Below, one piece after another: positions 1-8,554 of a stretch of 53,552 bases of DNA. The stretch comes from Actinomycetota bacterium (GTDB taxonomy: Bacteria > Actinomycetota > UBA4738 > JACQTL01): assembly GCA_036557505.1 (NCBI GenBank), contig DATBHM010000074.1, forward strand, positions 1-53,552, given 5' to 3'. Numbering within the stretch: position 1 is the stretch's first letter; each line of letters starts with the position of its first letter. The translations under genes and the position numbers were made by a program. Under the pieces are notes generated by a model, which made no database searches, was not told the origin of the DNA, and saw only the letters and a list, made by a program, of their open reading frames with translations.

Positions 1-179
1 AGGTCGTGGTGCTCGAGGAGCACGACCCCTGGGGGCCCTTTGGTGCGAAGGGCGCGGGCGAGCCGCCGACCATCGCCGCCCCCGCGGCGGTCGCTGCGGC
101 GGTCCGGGCGGCGACGGGGCGCTCCATCACCCACCTGCCGATACGGCCCGACCACATCGTTGGGATCGGCGAGCCATGA
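1..179 (+). CDS. 3' end of a xanthine dehydrogenase/aldehyde oxidase-family molybdopterin-binding subunit (partial, runs off the 5' edge)
   Basis: Frame 3 is open from the window edge to TGA 177-179, so it is absent from the ORF track. The translation ...HDPWGPFGAKGAGEPPTIAAPAAVAAAVRAATGRSITHLPIRPDHIVGIGEP resembles the conserved C-terminal GAKGxGEPP...ATG region of this family. GC3 is high. Confidence 0.5.
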   Translation, partial: VVVLEEHDPWGPFGAKGAGEPPTIAAPAAVAAAVRAATGRSITHLPIRPDHIVGIGEP

Positions 180-211
180 GGCGGATGCCCCGCGGCCCGG
201 TGGCCGTCTGA

Positions 212-619
212 TCAATCGGGTCGAAGGCCCAGGCGCAGCAGGTCCCGGTCGTGCGCGTAGGTGAGCGTGCGGGCCGCCTCGTCGAGGGGGAACCACCGCA
301 GGTCGTCGACTTCGATGTTCGGCCGGAACTCGCCGTCGAGGGGCGTCATCGTCCAGTACCGCACGAGCTTCGCGCGGCCGTTGGCGTCCCGGTACCGGGT
401 GCTCGGGATCTCGCGGTCGAGGCGTGCCCGGAATCCGGTCTCCTCCTCCACCTCGCGGAGCGCGGCCTCCTCGAACGACTCCTCCGCAGTCAGCTTTCCC
501 TTCGGAAACGACCAGTCGTCGTACTTCGGCCGGTGGACGAGGGCGACCTCGAGCGCCCCGTCCGGCCCCGGCCGCAACAGGAGGCCGCCCGCGGCACGGA
601 CGAGCTCGCCCTCCTTCAC
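212..619 (-). CDS. NUDIX hydrolase
   Basis: Canonical Nudix box GKLTAEESFEEAALREVEEETGF (Gx5Ex7REUxEExGU). GTG start at 619 overlaps the TGA of the upstream PPK2 gene (GTGA). The 376-aa track ORF is an upstream over-extension. Confidence 0.8.
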   Translation of the reverse strand: MKEGELVRAAGGLLLRPGPDGALEVALVHRPKYDDWSFPKGKLTAEESFEEAALREVEEETGFRARLDREIPSTRYRDANGRAKLVRYWTMTPLDGEFRPNIEVDDLRWFPLDEAARTLTYAHDRDLLRLGLRPD

Positions 620-1416
620 GGGTGCGTGGGCAGGGAGGACGCGTGGTCGGGGACGTACGTGTACGCGTCCCGGGGCGGTCGGACGTACCCCTGGTCCTCC
701 TGCCGCTCGGGGAGCTCCACGGCCTGGACCTCCCTGGCGACGTACGGCACCCGCGTGAGCAGGTGCGCGATGCAGTTCAGCCGGGCCCGCCGTTTGTCGT
801 CGGCCTCCACCACGAACCACGGCGCGTCGGGGATGTCCGTGTGCACGAACATCTCGTCCTTGGCCCGGGAGAAGTCGATCCACCGCGTGCGGGACGAGAG
901 GTCGGTCGACGAGAGCTTCCACCTGCGCATGGGGTCCTCGATCCTCGCCGTGAACCGCCGGGCCTGCTCCTCGTCGCTCACAGAGAACCAGTACTTCGTC
1001 AGCAGGATGCCGTCGTCGACCAGGAGTCGTTCGAAGATCGGGCACTGCCGGAGGAACCGCTGGTGCTCGGCGGGCGTGCAGAACCCGAGCACCTTCTCGA
1101 TGCCGGCGCGGTTGTACCAGCTGCGGTCGAACAGGACCATCTCGCCGGCCGCCGGCAGCTGTTCCACGTACCGCTGGAAGTACCACTGGGTCCGCTGACG
1201 CTCGGTCGGCACGGGCAGCGCGACCACCCGCGCGATCCGGGGGTTGAGGTGCTCGGTGATCCGCTTCAGGGCTCCGCCCTTCCCGGCCGCGTCCCGTCCC
1301 TCGAAGATCACGACGACCCGGGCACCGGCGTCGCGGATCCATTCAGTCATCTTCACGAGCTCGACCTGGAGCCGGATCAGCTCTTCCTCGTACGGCTTCC
1401 TCTGGAGGCGTTCCAT
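616..1416 (-). CDS. ppk2: polyphosphate kinase 2 (PPK2 family)
   Basis: MERLQRKPYEEELIRLQVELVKM..., a Walker-A-like FEGRDAAGKGG, and DRSWYNRAG are typical of single-domain PPK2. ATG at 1416 chosen (10 nt after the gpsA stop). Confidence 0.85.
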   Translation of the reverse strand: MERLQRKPYEEELIRLQVELVKMTEWIRDAGARVVVIFEGRDAAGKGGALKRITEHLNPRIARVVALPVPTERQRTQWYFQRYVEQLPAAGEMVLFDRSWYNRAGIEKVLGFCTPAEHQRFLRQCPIFERLLVDDGILLTKYWFSVSDEEQARRFTARIEDPMRRWKLSSTDLSSRTRWIDFSRAKDEMFVHTDIPDAPWFVVEADDKRRARLNCIAHLLTRVPYVAREVQAVELPERQEDQGYVRPPRDAYTYVPDHASSLPTHP

Positions 1417-1426
1417 CTCAGTTCCC

Positions 1427-2422
1427 CTAGCCGGGCTCGGCCTCGTGCCCCGGAGCGGTCCGCATGAGTCCCTCGTAGGCGTCGAGCACCGTGAGCCTCC
1501 CCGACACCACGCCATGGATCCGCGAGCAGATGGGGAGATCGAGGCCGTAGCGATCGGCGAGCTCCACCACCAGGCCGGCGGTCTTCACGCCCTCGGCGAC
1601 CATGGTCATCCCCGCGAGGACGTCCTCGAGCGGCACGCCCTTGCCGAGCTGCTCGCCGACGTGACGGTTCCTGCTGTGCGGGCTGATACACGTCACCATG
1701 AGGTCGCCCATGCCCGCCAGCCCGGCGAACGTGACCGGATCCCCGCCCATGGCGACGCCGAGGCGGGTCAGCTCGGCCAGCCCTCGGGTGATCACCATCG
1801 ACCGGGTGTTGTCTCCGACGCCCAGGCCCTGCGCCATCCCCGCCGCGATGGCCACGACGTTCTTCAGCGCGCCGCCGACCTCGCACCCGACCACGTCGTG
1901 GTTCGTGTAGATCCGGAACAGCCCCCGACGCAGCACACCCTGCAGCGCCGAGGCGACCGACAGGTCCTCGGTCGCCACCACGCTGGCCGCGGCGTAGCCG
2001 GCCATGATCTCCTTCGCGATGTTCGGGCCGGTGAGCGCGGCCGACGGGCGCCCGGGCAGCACGTCCTTCACGACCTCGGTCATCCGGAGATAGGTCCCGG
2101 CCTCGAACCCCTTGGTCAGGCTGACGACGGGGATCCACGGGCGGACGAACGGGGCCGCCTGCTCGAGCACGTCGCGGAAGCCGGTCGAGGGGATGCCCAC
2201 GACGAGCACGTCCGCGTCGCCCACCGACTCCTCGAGGTCGGCGGTGGCCCGAAGGTCCTCCGGGAGGGGGAACCCAGCCAGGTACCGCGTGTTCTCGTGG
2301 CGTTCGTTCACGTCGCGCACCGTGTCCTCGCTGCGCGCCCACAGGACGGTGGGGTTCCGGCGTGCGGCCACCGTTGCCACCGTGGTTCCCCACGACCCCG
2401 CGCCGAGCACCGTGATGTTCAC
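1427..2422 (-). CDS. gpsA: NAD(P)H-dependent glycerol-3-phosphate dehydrogenase
   Basis: N-terminal Rossmann motif NITVLGAGSWGT. GALKNVVAIAAGM and GDLMVTC blocks are characteristic of GpsA. GTG start at 2422. Confidence 0.9.
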   Translation of the reverse strand: MNITVLGAGSWGTTVATVAARRNPTVLWARSEDTVRDVNERHENTRYLAGFPLPEDLRATADLEESVGDADVLVVGIPSTGFRDVLEQAAPFVRPWIPVVSLTKGFEAGTYLRMTEVVKDVLPGRPSAALTGPNIAKEIMAGYAAASVVATEDLSVASALQGVLRRGLFRIYTNHDVVGCEVGGALKNVVAIAAGMAQGLGVGDNTRSMVITRGLAELTRLGVAMGGDPVTFAGLAGMGDLMVTCISPHSRNRHVGEQLGKGVPLEDVLAGMTMVAEGVKTAGLVVELADRYGLDLPICSRIHGVVSGRLTVLDAYEGLMRTAPGHEAEPG

Positions 2423-2506
2423 GCTCCGGTCACCTCGTCTCCCCGCCGCTCGGTCCGAAGGCTACCCCGTGGCGTCGCGCCGGTTTGACCCCCGGACGGG
2501 TCCGCG

Positions 2507-2911
2507 GTGGACTTGCCTGCGGTGTTCGAGTCGCTGGACTTCCTGTACGTGCCGAGCGGGGACGTGGCCTCGGACACGGCCTACTTCCGCGACGTCCTCG
2601 GGGCCCAGCCGGTGTTCTCCGTCGACGGAATGGGGGCGCGGGTCTCGGCGCTCCGGATGACGGACGGCCCGCCGCTCGTGCTGCTCACCGACCACCTTGA
2701 GGGGGATCGGACGATCTTCGTGTATCGCGTGACGAGCCTTCGGTCGGCGCTCGACGAGCTCGCGGCGAGGGGTTGGCGCAGGGAGGGGACGTTCGAGATC
2801 CCGCACGGGCCGGTGTGCTCGTTCACGACGCCGGGCGGCCAGCGCGTGGCGGTGTACGAGCTGACCCGGCCGGAGGTTGGGCGGCACTTCGAGGGACGGT
2901 TCGACTTCTGA
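2507..2911 (+). CDS. small VOC/glyoxalase-like family protein (tentative)
   Basis: 134-aa ORF with high GC3 and a GTG start. Size and the beta-alpha-beta-like pattern suggest the VOC fold. No catalytic motif verified. Confidence 0.45.
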   Translation: MDLPAVFESLDFLYVPSGDVASDTAYFRDVLGAQPVFSVDGMGARVSALRMTDGPPLVLLTDHLEGDRTIFVYRVTSLRSALDELAARGWRREGTFEIPHGPVCSFTTPGGQRVAVYELTRPEVGRHFEGRFDF

Positions 2912-2936
2912 ACGGACGGGAGGGAGGCCGAGGACG

Positions 2937-3680
2937 ATGACACGAGCCCGCAAGGGCGTCGAGGAGGTCGGGTCCGGGATCCGCCGGCTGTCGCGCGGCA
3001 TCTGCAACTTCTACCTGGTCGAGGACGGCGGGTCGTTCGTCGTCGTCGACGCCGGCACGCCCAAGGACTGGAGCCTGCTCGCGGCGGCGATCGGCGAGCT
3101 CCGTTCACTCGACGCCGTCCTGCTGTCGCACGCCCACCCCGACCACACCGGCTTCGCCGAACGCGCCCGCGCCGAGGCCGGGGCCACGGTCAGCGTGCAC
3201 GAGGCCGACGCCGCCGCCGCCCGGACCGGGAAGACGGGGAAGAACGACGGCTCGGTGTCGAAGTACCTGTTCCGAGTGGAGTTCTACCGAACGGCCCTCT
3301 CGCTGGCCCGCCGGGGCGGCGCGAAGATCGTGCCGATCGCCGAGGTCTCCACGTTCGCCGACGGCGACGTCATCGACGTTCCCGGCCGACCCCGGGCGAT
3401 CCACGCGCCCGGACACACGCCCGGGTCCGCGGCGCTGTTCTTCGAGGGCCTCGGTGCGCTCCTGACAGGCGACGTTCTCGTCACCCACAACGCGCTCACG
3501 GGGCGCGGCGGGCCGCAGATCATGCCCTCCGGTCTCAACGCCGACACGGGGCTGGCCCTTCGTTCGCTGGACGCCCTCGCCGGGATCGAGGCCGCGACGC
3601 TCTTGCCCGGCCACGGCGTCCCCTGGACTGACGGCGTCGGCGAGGCGATCCGCCTGGCGAAGCAGGCCGGCCCCAGCTGA
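2937..3680 (+). CDS. MBL-fold metallo-hydrolase
   Basis: HxHxDH motif (SHAHPDHTG), later HAPGHTPGS and LPGHG. ATG 2937 is preceded by GGGAGGGAGG. Confidence 0.75.
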   Translation: MTRARKGVEEVGSGIRRLSRGICNFYLVEDGGSFVVVDAGTPKDWSLLAAAIGELRSLDAVLLSHAHPDHTGFAERARAEAGATVSVHEADAAAARTGKTGKNDGSVSKYLFRVEFYRTALSLARRGGAKIVPIAEVSTFADGDVIDVPGRPRAIHAPGHTPGSAALFFEGLGALLTGDVLVTHNALTGRGGPQIMPSGLNADTGLALRSLDALAGIEAATLLPGHGVPWTDGVGEAIRLAKQAGPS

Positions 3681-3682
3681 CG

Positions 3683-4633
3683 GTGAACGACGACCGGCCC
3701 GCGACGCCGCTGGAGGCCGCCCGACATCTCGGGGAGCTGGCGTCGTTCGCGATCCGGCGGCGATCGATCGAACGGCGGGACCTCCAGGCCCTCCGAGAGC
3801 TGGAGTCCCGCCCGCTCGAGCTCCCGTCCGGGCTCGAGGTGGCCTGGCTGGGCGTCGCCGGATTCCGGTTGGCGTTCGAGGGACACTCGCTGATCGTCGA
3901 CCCGTATCTGTCGCGCGTCTCGCTCGGAGAGTTCCTGCGGCGGGTGCCGGCATTGCCGGACCGGGCACTCGTCGACCGTTCGTTCCGGCACGCCGGCACC
4001 ATCGCCGGCGTGATGGCCGGGCATACCCACTTCGACCATGCCCTCGACGTGCCCGCGATCGTCGATCGCTTCGGGTGCCGCGCGTACGGGTCGCGGTCCC
4101 TGGCGCGGCTCATGGCCGCGCATCGACTGGAGGCGCAGGCGGAGGTGATGGAGCCCGGCGGGCGGGTGGAGCTGGGGCCGTTCGCCGTGACGTTCGTGCC
4201 CAGCCGGCACGCCCGGATCCTCCTCGGACGGCGCGTGCCCATGGAGGGCGACGTCGCCGCCCGGGACGTCGCGGAACTGCACCCACGGGCCTACCGGTGC
4301 GGAGGGGTATGGGCGTTCCTGATCGAGGTGGCCGGGGCCCGCCTGTACCACCAGGGGAGCGCCGACCTGCTCGACGGAGCCGTCCCGACGGGCGGCGTGG
4401 ACGTGTTCCTCGCGGGCGTCGCCGGGCGGGAGTACACGCGAGACTACTGGCGGCGGATCCTCCCGCCGCTCGGGCCCGCGCAGATCGTGTTGTGCCATCA
4501 CGACGACTTCTTCCGGCCGCTCGGTCAGCCGGTCGCCCTCGCGCCCGACGTCCGGGTCGCCGCCGTCCCCGACGAGGTCGCACGGGTGACCCGGGACGTC
4601 CCCGTCGTCGCGCTGCCCAGGGCCGACATATGA
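3683..4633 (+). CDS. MBL-fold metallo-hydrolase (second, distinct)
   Basis: GHTHFDHALD motif. GTG start lies 2 nt after the previous stop. Confidence 0.7.
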   Translation: MNDDRPATPLEAARHLGELASFAIRRRSIERRDLQALRELESRPLELPSGLEVAWLGVAGFRLAFEGHSLIVDPYLSRVSLGEFLRRVPALPDRALVDRSFRHAGTIAGVMAGHTHFDHALDVPAIVDRFGCRAYGSRSLARLMAAHRLEAQAEVMEPGGRVELGPFAVTFVPSRHARILLGRRVPMEGDVAARDVAELHPRAYRCGGVWAFLIEVAGARLYHQGSADLLDGAVPTGGVDVFLAGVAGREYTRDYWRRILPPLGPAQIVLCHHDDFFRPLGQPVALAPDVRVAAVPDEVARVTRDVPVVALPRADI

Positions 4634-4655
4634 GCCGCAGAGCACTGGATTCGCG

Positions 4656-4692
4656 CCTATCCGGAGCAGTGGGAACCTGTTCCCTATCCGGA
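4656..4692. repeat. operator-like element: CCTATCCGGA direct repeat flanking the palindrome GGGAACCTGTTCCC
   Basis: CCTATCCGGA occurs at 4656-4665 and 4683-4692. The inverted repeat GGGAAC-CT-GTTCCC is at 4671-4684. TCCGGA is itself palindromic. Confidence 0.4.
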
Positions 4693-4700
4693 CGGGAGCA

Positions 4701-4730
4701 TCCACAACGCCAGGCGGGCGGGTGTACAAT
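4701..4730 (+). promoter_or_regulatory. candidate sigma-A type promoter (-35 TCCACA, 18-nt spacer, -10 TACAAT)
   Basis: TACAAT at 4725-4730 fits the actinobacterial TANNNT -10 box and is an AT-rich hexamer in 70% GC DNA. The -35 is weak. Confidence 0.3.
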
Positions 4731-4765
4731 CCCCCGCAGACGTCCGGACCGCAAGGTCTGGACCT

Positions 4766-4805
4766 GACGGCGGCGCGACGCGGGCACGCGCCGCCGTCCC
4801 TTTTT
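4766..4805 (+). terminator. intrinsic-terminator-like hairpin followed by a T5 run
   Basis: 12-bp stem GACGGCGGCGCG (4766-4777) / CGCGCCGCCGTC (4787-4798) with a 9-nt loop, then CC and TTTTT (4801-4805). It is preceded by a 9-bp hairpin with a GCAA tetraloop (4742-4763). Confidence 0.5.
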
Positions 4806-4896
4806 GGGGCCGTTCCACGATCCTTCGTCAGTTTGCCGGCTTGCATTCCAGTGCCGGGAAGGCCTGCCGACGCCCCTGGTATCGTGGCCGTCGCCC

Positions 4897-4968
4897 GGGC
4901 GCGTAGCTCAGCGGGAGAGCGCTCGCCTCACACGCGAGAGGTCGATGGTTCAAATCCATCCGCGCCCA
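4897..4968 (+). tRNA. tRNA-Val (anticodon CAC)
   Basis: Hand-folded cloverleaf. Acceptor GGGCGCG/CGCGCCC, D arm GCTC-AGCGGGA-GAGC, anticodon arm CTCGC-CTCACAC-GCGAG. Variable loop AGGTC, T arm GATGG-TTCAAAT-CCATC, discriminator A. CCA is not encoded (the sequence continues CC-CC). Confidence 0.9.
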
Positions 4969-5015
4969 CCCCTTCCCGGCCGACCGGCTGGACCCGCCGA
5001 TATCATGGGCGCTCC

Positions 5016-6968
5016 ATGCCGAAGCTCGAGTTCCCCGACGGTTCCACGTCCGACCTCGCCGACGGCGAGCCGATCGCCGGCGCGCTGGGCCCGGACGCCA
5101 TCGCGGCGCGGGTCGGCGATCGGCTGGTCGACCTGTCGTTCGTCCCGACCGAGGACGCATCGGTCGCACCGGTGCTGGCGGGTGAGGCGGACGGCCTCCA
5201 CATTCTGCGGCACTCCACCGCGCACGTGATGGCGCAGGCGGTGTGCGACCTGTTCCCCGGTGCGAAGTACGCGATCGGCCCGCCGATCGAGGACGGCTTC
5301 TACTACGACTTCGAACTCCACCAGACCCTCTCGCCGGACGACCTCCCGCGGATCGAGCAGCGCATGGCCGAGCTCGTGCAGGCCGACCAGCCGTTCGTCC
5401 GCGAGGAGCTCGGTCGGGAGGAGGCGCTGGAGCGGTTCGCCGACCAGGGGTTCAAGCGCGAGGTGATCGAGTCGCTCGACGCCGACGAGGGCGCCGGCGG
5501 CGAGACGGTGAGCATCTACCGGAACAACGGCTGGGCCGACCTCTGCCTCGGTCCCCATGTCCCGTCGAGCGGCCGCCTCGGCGCGTACAAGCTGCTCAGC
5601 GTCGCCGGCGCGTACTGGCGCGGCGACGAGCATCGCGAGCAGCTCCAGCGGATCTACGGCACGGCGTGGCCGACCCAGGAGCAGCTCGACGGGTACCTCC
5701 ACCGCCTGGAGGAGGCCGAACGCCGCGACCACCGCAAGCTCGGCCGTGAGCTCGACCTGTTCTCGTTCCCGGACGAGCTGGGCGCCGGGCTGCTCGTGTG
5801 GCATCCACGGGGGGGAGCGTTTCGGCGCGCCCTGGAGGACTTCGTCCGAGAGATCCACCTGGACCGGGATCACGGGTACAAACCGGTGTTCACGCCGCAC
5901 ATCGCCCGCTCGGTGTTGTGGGAGACGAGCGGCCACCTCGCCAAGTACGCCGACAACATGTACCCGCCGATGCACGACGAGCACGACATCGACTACTACG
6001 TCAAGCCGATGAACTGCCCCTTCCACGTGCTCGTGTACAAGAGCAAGACGAGGTCCTACCGCGACCTGCCGATGCGGCTGTTCGAGCTGGGGACGATCTA
6101 CCGCCACGAGCGCACGGGGACGCTCCACGGACTCATGCGCATCCGCGGCGGGACCCAGGACGACTCCCACATCATCTGTCGCCGCGACCAGTTGGTGGAC
6201 GAGATCCTCCGCGCCTTCGACCTGACGCTCGAGATCCACCGGACGTTCGGGTTCAGCGACTTCGTCGTGAACCTCTCGACCAAGCCGGGCATGGCGATCG
6301 GTGACGAGCAGATGTGGGCGGAGGCGACCCAGTATCTCCAGAAGGCGCTCGACTCGAGCGGCCTCGACTACACCGTCGCCGAGGGCGAGGGCGCGTTCTA
6401 CGGGCCCAAGGTGGACTTCCACGCCCGCGACGCCATCGGGCGCCTGTGGCAGCTCACCACGGTGCAGTGCGACTTCGCGCTGCCGGAGCGGTTCGACATG
6501 GAGTACATGGGCGAGGACAACGAACGCCACCGCCCGGTGATGATCCACCGCGCGATCCTCGGAACCCTCGAACGCTTCACCGGCGTGCTGATCGAGCACT
6601 ACGCGGGGGCGTTTCCCCTCTGGCTCGCGCCGGAGCAGGTCCGGGTGGTGCCGATCGCCGACCGGCACGCCGAGGCCGCCCACGCATTGGCCCGGCGGCT
6701 ACACGAGTCCGGGCTGCGCGCCGAGGTCGACGACTCCCGGGAGACCGTTCCGAAGAAAGTCCGGGCCGCCCAGCTCATGAAGGTCCCGTACACGCTGGTG
6801 ATGGGCGACCGGGAGATCGAGGCGGGGACGGTGTCCGTGCGCGACCGCGAGGGCCACGAGGTGCGCGGCGTGGCGTTCGAGGACTTCGTGGGGAAGGTCA
6901 CGGAGGAGGCGGCAACGAGATCGCTGCACGCGAGCTCGTTCGAGCCGGCCCCGTCGACCTCGGCGTAG
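5016..6968 (+). CDS. thrS: threonine--tRNA ligase
   Basis: TGS-like N-terminus MPKLEFPDGS, editing-domain HSTAHVMAQA, class II motifs (RDHRKLG, FRHERTGTLHGLMRIRGGTQDD). ATG 5016 chosen. The 748-aa track ORF runs through the tRNA gene and is an over-extension. Confidence 0.92.
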   Translation: MPKLEFPDGSTSDLADGEPIAGALGPDAIAARVGDRLVDLSFVPTEDASVAPVLAGEADGLHILRHSTAHVMAQAVCDLFPGAKYAIGPPIEDGFYYDFELHQTLSPDDLPRIEQRMAELVQADQPFVREELGREEALERFADQGFKREVIESLDADEGAGGETVSIYRNNGWADLCLGPHVPSSGRLGAYKLLSVAGAYWRGDEHREQLQRIYGTAWPTQEQLDGYLHRLEEAERRDHRKLGRELDLFSFPDELGAGLLVWHPRGGAFRRALEDFVREIHLDRDHGYKPVFTPHIARSVLWETSGHLAKYADNMYPPMHDEHDIDYYVKPMNCPFHVLVYKSKTRSYRDLPMRLFELGTIYRHERTGTLHGLMRIRGGTQDDSHIICRRDQLVDEILRAFDLTLEIHRTFGFSDFVVNLSTKPGMAIGDEQMWAEATQYLQKALDSSGLDYTVAEGEGAFYGPKVDFHARDAIGRLWQLTTVQCDFALPERFDMEYMGEDNERHRPVMIHRAILGTLERFTGVLIEHYAGAFPLWLAPEQVRVVPIADRHAEAAHALARRLHESGLRAEVDDSRETVPKKVRAAQLMKVPYTLVMGDREIEAGTVSVRDREGHEVRGVAFEDFVGKVTEEAATRSLHASSFEPAPSTSA

Positions 6969-6972
6969 CCGG

Positions 6973-7464
6973 GTGGAGCGACTGTGGAGTCCATGGCGGA
7001 TGGAATACATCCGCCAGGCTTCGGCCGGAGACGATCCGGAGGGATGTCTGTTCTGCCGGCTCCCCGAGGCCGGTGACGACGAGCGGTCGTTGATCCTGCA
7101 CCGGGGTGAGGCCGCCTTCGTGGTGATGAACGCCTTCCCCTACAACCCGGGCCACCTGATGGTGGCGCCGTTTCGCCACGTGGGCGACCTGGAGCAGCTC
7201 GGGCCCGACGAGCTGCTCGACATCGGGAGGATGCAGCAGACGGCGTGTCGCGCCCTTCGCGAGGAGATGTCACCCCACGGGTTCAACCTGGGGATGAACC
7301 TGGGCCGCGTGGCCGGAGCCGGGATCCCCGACCACGTCCACTGGCACATCGTGCCGCGCTGGAACGGCGACACGAACTTCATGCCGGTGGTGGGGGATAC
7401 CCGCGTGCTCCCCGAGCTGCTCGAGGAGACCTACCGCAAGCTCCGGCCGCGGTTCGGAACGTGA
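6973..7464 (+). CDS. HIT-family protein, Ap4A-phosphorylase-like (Rv2613c-like position)
   Basis: Histidine triad HVHWHIV. N-terminal LWSPWRMEYI and CLFC. Sits directly after thrS, as in mycobacteria. Confidence 0.8.
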   Translation: MERLWSPWRMEYIRQASAGDDPEGCLFCRLPEAGDDERSLILHRGEAAFVVMNAFPYNPGHLMVAPFRHVGDLEQLGPDELLDIGRMQQTACRALREEMSPHGFNLGMNLGRVAGAGIPDHVHWHIVPRWNGDTNFMPVVGDTRVLPELLEETYRKLRPRFGT

Positions 7465-7967
7465 GGGTCGAGCTCGTCGAGTACGACCCCGCGTGGCCGC
7501 GGGTGTTCGACGCGGAAGCCCAACGCATCCGCGAAGCCCTCGGCGATGTGCTGCTTCGCGTCGACCACGTCGGGTCGACGGCGGTGCCCGGGCTCGCGGC
7601 CAAGCCGGTGATCGACATCCAGGTCTCGGTTCGGTCGTTCGTGCCCTTCGAGGCGTACGCGGACCCGCTGCTCGCGCTGGGATACGTCCACGGCACGGAC
7701 CCGGCGGAACCCGAGCACCGGTTCTTCGGTCTCGGCGACGGTTCCGCGCGACGCTTCCACATCCACGTGTGCGAGTCCGCGACCGCCTGGGAGCGGCGAC
7801 ATCTCGGGTTCCGGGACGGACTCCGGAACGATCCGGACCTCCGGACCCGCTACGAGGCCGAGAAGCGCCGGATCGCCGCCGTGTACCCCGACGACTCGCT
7901 CGCCTACGCCGAGGCCAAGACGCCCTGGATCCGTGCCGAGGAGCGCCGTCTCGGTCTCATCCGGTGA
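7461..7967 (+). CDS. GrpB-family protein
   Basis: VDHVGSTAVPGLAAKPVIDIQV and RRFHIHV blocks are typical of GrpB/UPF0157. The GTG start overlaps the HIT stop (GTGA). Confidence 0.75.
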   Translation: MRVELVEYDPAWPRVFDAEAQRIREALGDVLLRVDHVGSTAVPGLAAKPVIDIQVSVRSFVPFEAYADPLLALGYVHGTDPAEPEHRFFGLGDGSARRFHIHVCESATAWERRHLGFRDGLRNDPDLRTRYEAEKRRIAAVYPDDSLAYAEAKTPWIRAEERRLGLIR

Positions 7968-8502
7968 TCGGCGCGTCCTCGGCCGTCCGGGCGAAGATCG
8001 CGTGGTCCTCCCACACCCCGTTGATCCGGAGGTAGTGCGGCGCCAGCCCCTCCCGCCGGAAGCCGCTCTTCTCGAGCACCCGGATGGACGGCGTGTTGCG
8101 TGGCATGACGGCCGCCTGCACGCGGTGCAGTCCGAGCCGTCCGAACGCGAACGCCGCCGTCAGCCGGACCGCCTCAGTGCAGATGCCGCGGCCGTTCGAT
8201 TCCCGGGAGACGTAGTAGCCGACGTTCGCGTTCTGCCACGGACCGCGGACCACCACGGACAGCCGGATGCGCCCGACGAGCGCGCCCGAGGGAAGCGCGA
8301 TCCCGAACGTGTACTCGCGATCGTCGTCCCACGCCCGGTTGCCGTGCACGATCGCGTCGAGCTGCGCGGTGCGTGTGAAGTGTTCGGGCGGAAGCGCCGG
8401 CTCGAACGGGGTGAAGAACTCCCGGTTGCGGAGCCGGAGCTCCAGCATCTCGTCGGCGTCGGCCGGACGGAGGTCGCGGATCCCGCACCGGACGCCCGCC
8501 AC
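7957..8502 (-). CDS. GNAT N-acetyltransferase, RimJ/RimL (COG1670) type
   Basis: VGYYVSRESNGRGICTEAV...LHRVQAAVMPRNTPSIRVLEKSGFRREG...INGVWEDHAIFA. Start set at GTG 8502 (uncertain). The 3' end overlaps the GrpB 3' end by 11 nt. Confidence 0.7.
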   Translation of the reverse strand: MAGVRCGIRDLRPADADEMLELRLRNREFFTPFEPALPPEHFTRTAQLDAIVHGNRAWDDDREYTFGIALPSGALVGRIRLSVVVRGPWQNANVGYYVSRESNGRGICTEAVRLTAAFAFGRLGLHRVQAAVMPRNTPSIRVLEKSGFRREGLAPHYLRINGVWEDHAIFARTAEDAPITG

Positions 8503-8554
8503 CTCGACCGGCCGGCGGACCGGGGAGATCACGGCCGGCCCCGGACGTGCCGCG

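Noticed and set aside
4722-5015. Upstream extensions of real genes in the track: thrS from 4722, the STPK to 46764, the HK to 51530, rarA from 48438, the sigma factor from 39984, pimA from 14036.
   Set aside because: The extensions run through a tRNA gene or through neighbouring genes, have low-complexity Arg/Pro-rich translations, and internal starts fit conserved N-termini and GTGA junctions.
4897-5015. tRNA-Val as an integration hotspot marking a genomic island.
   Set aside because: There is no integrase, recombinase or phage gene nearby, and I saw no duplicated copy of the tRNA 3' half. thrS follows 47 nt downstream in normal backbone order.
4969-5015. T-box or other leader regulating thrS.
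   Set aside because: Only 47 nt separate the tRNA and the thrS ATG, far too short for a T-box. No specifier or antiterminator structure is visible.
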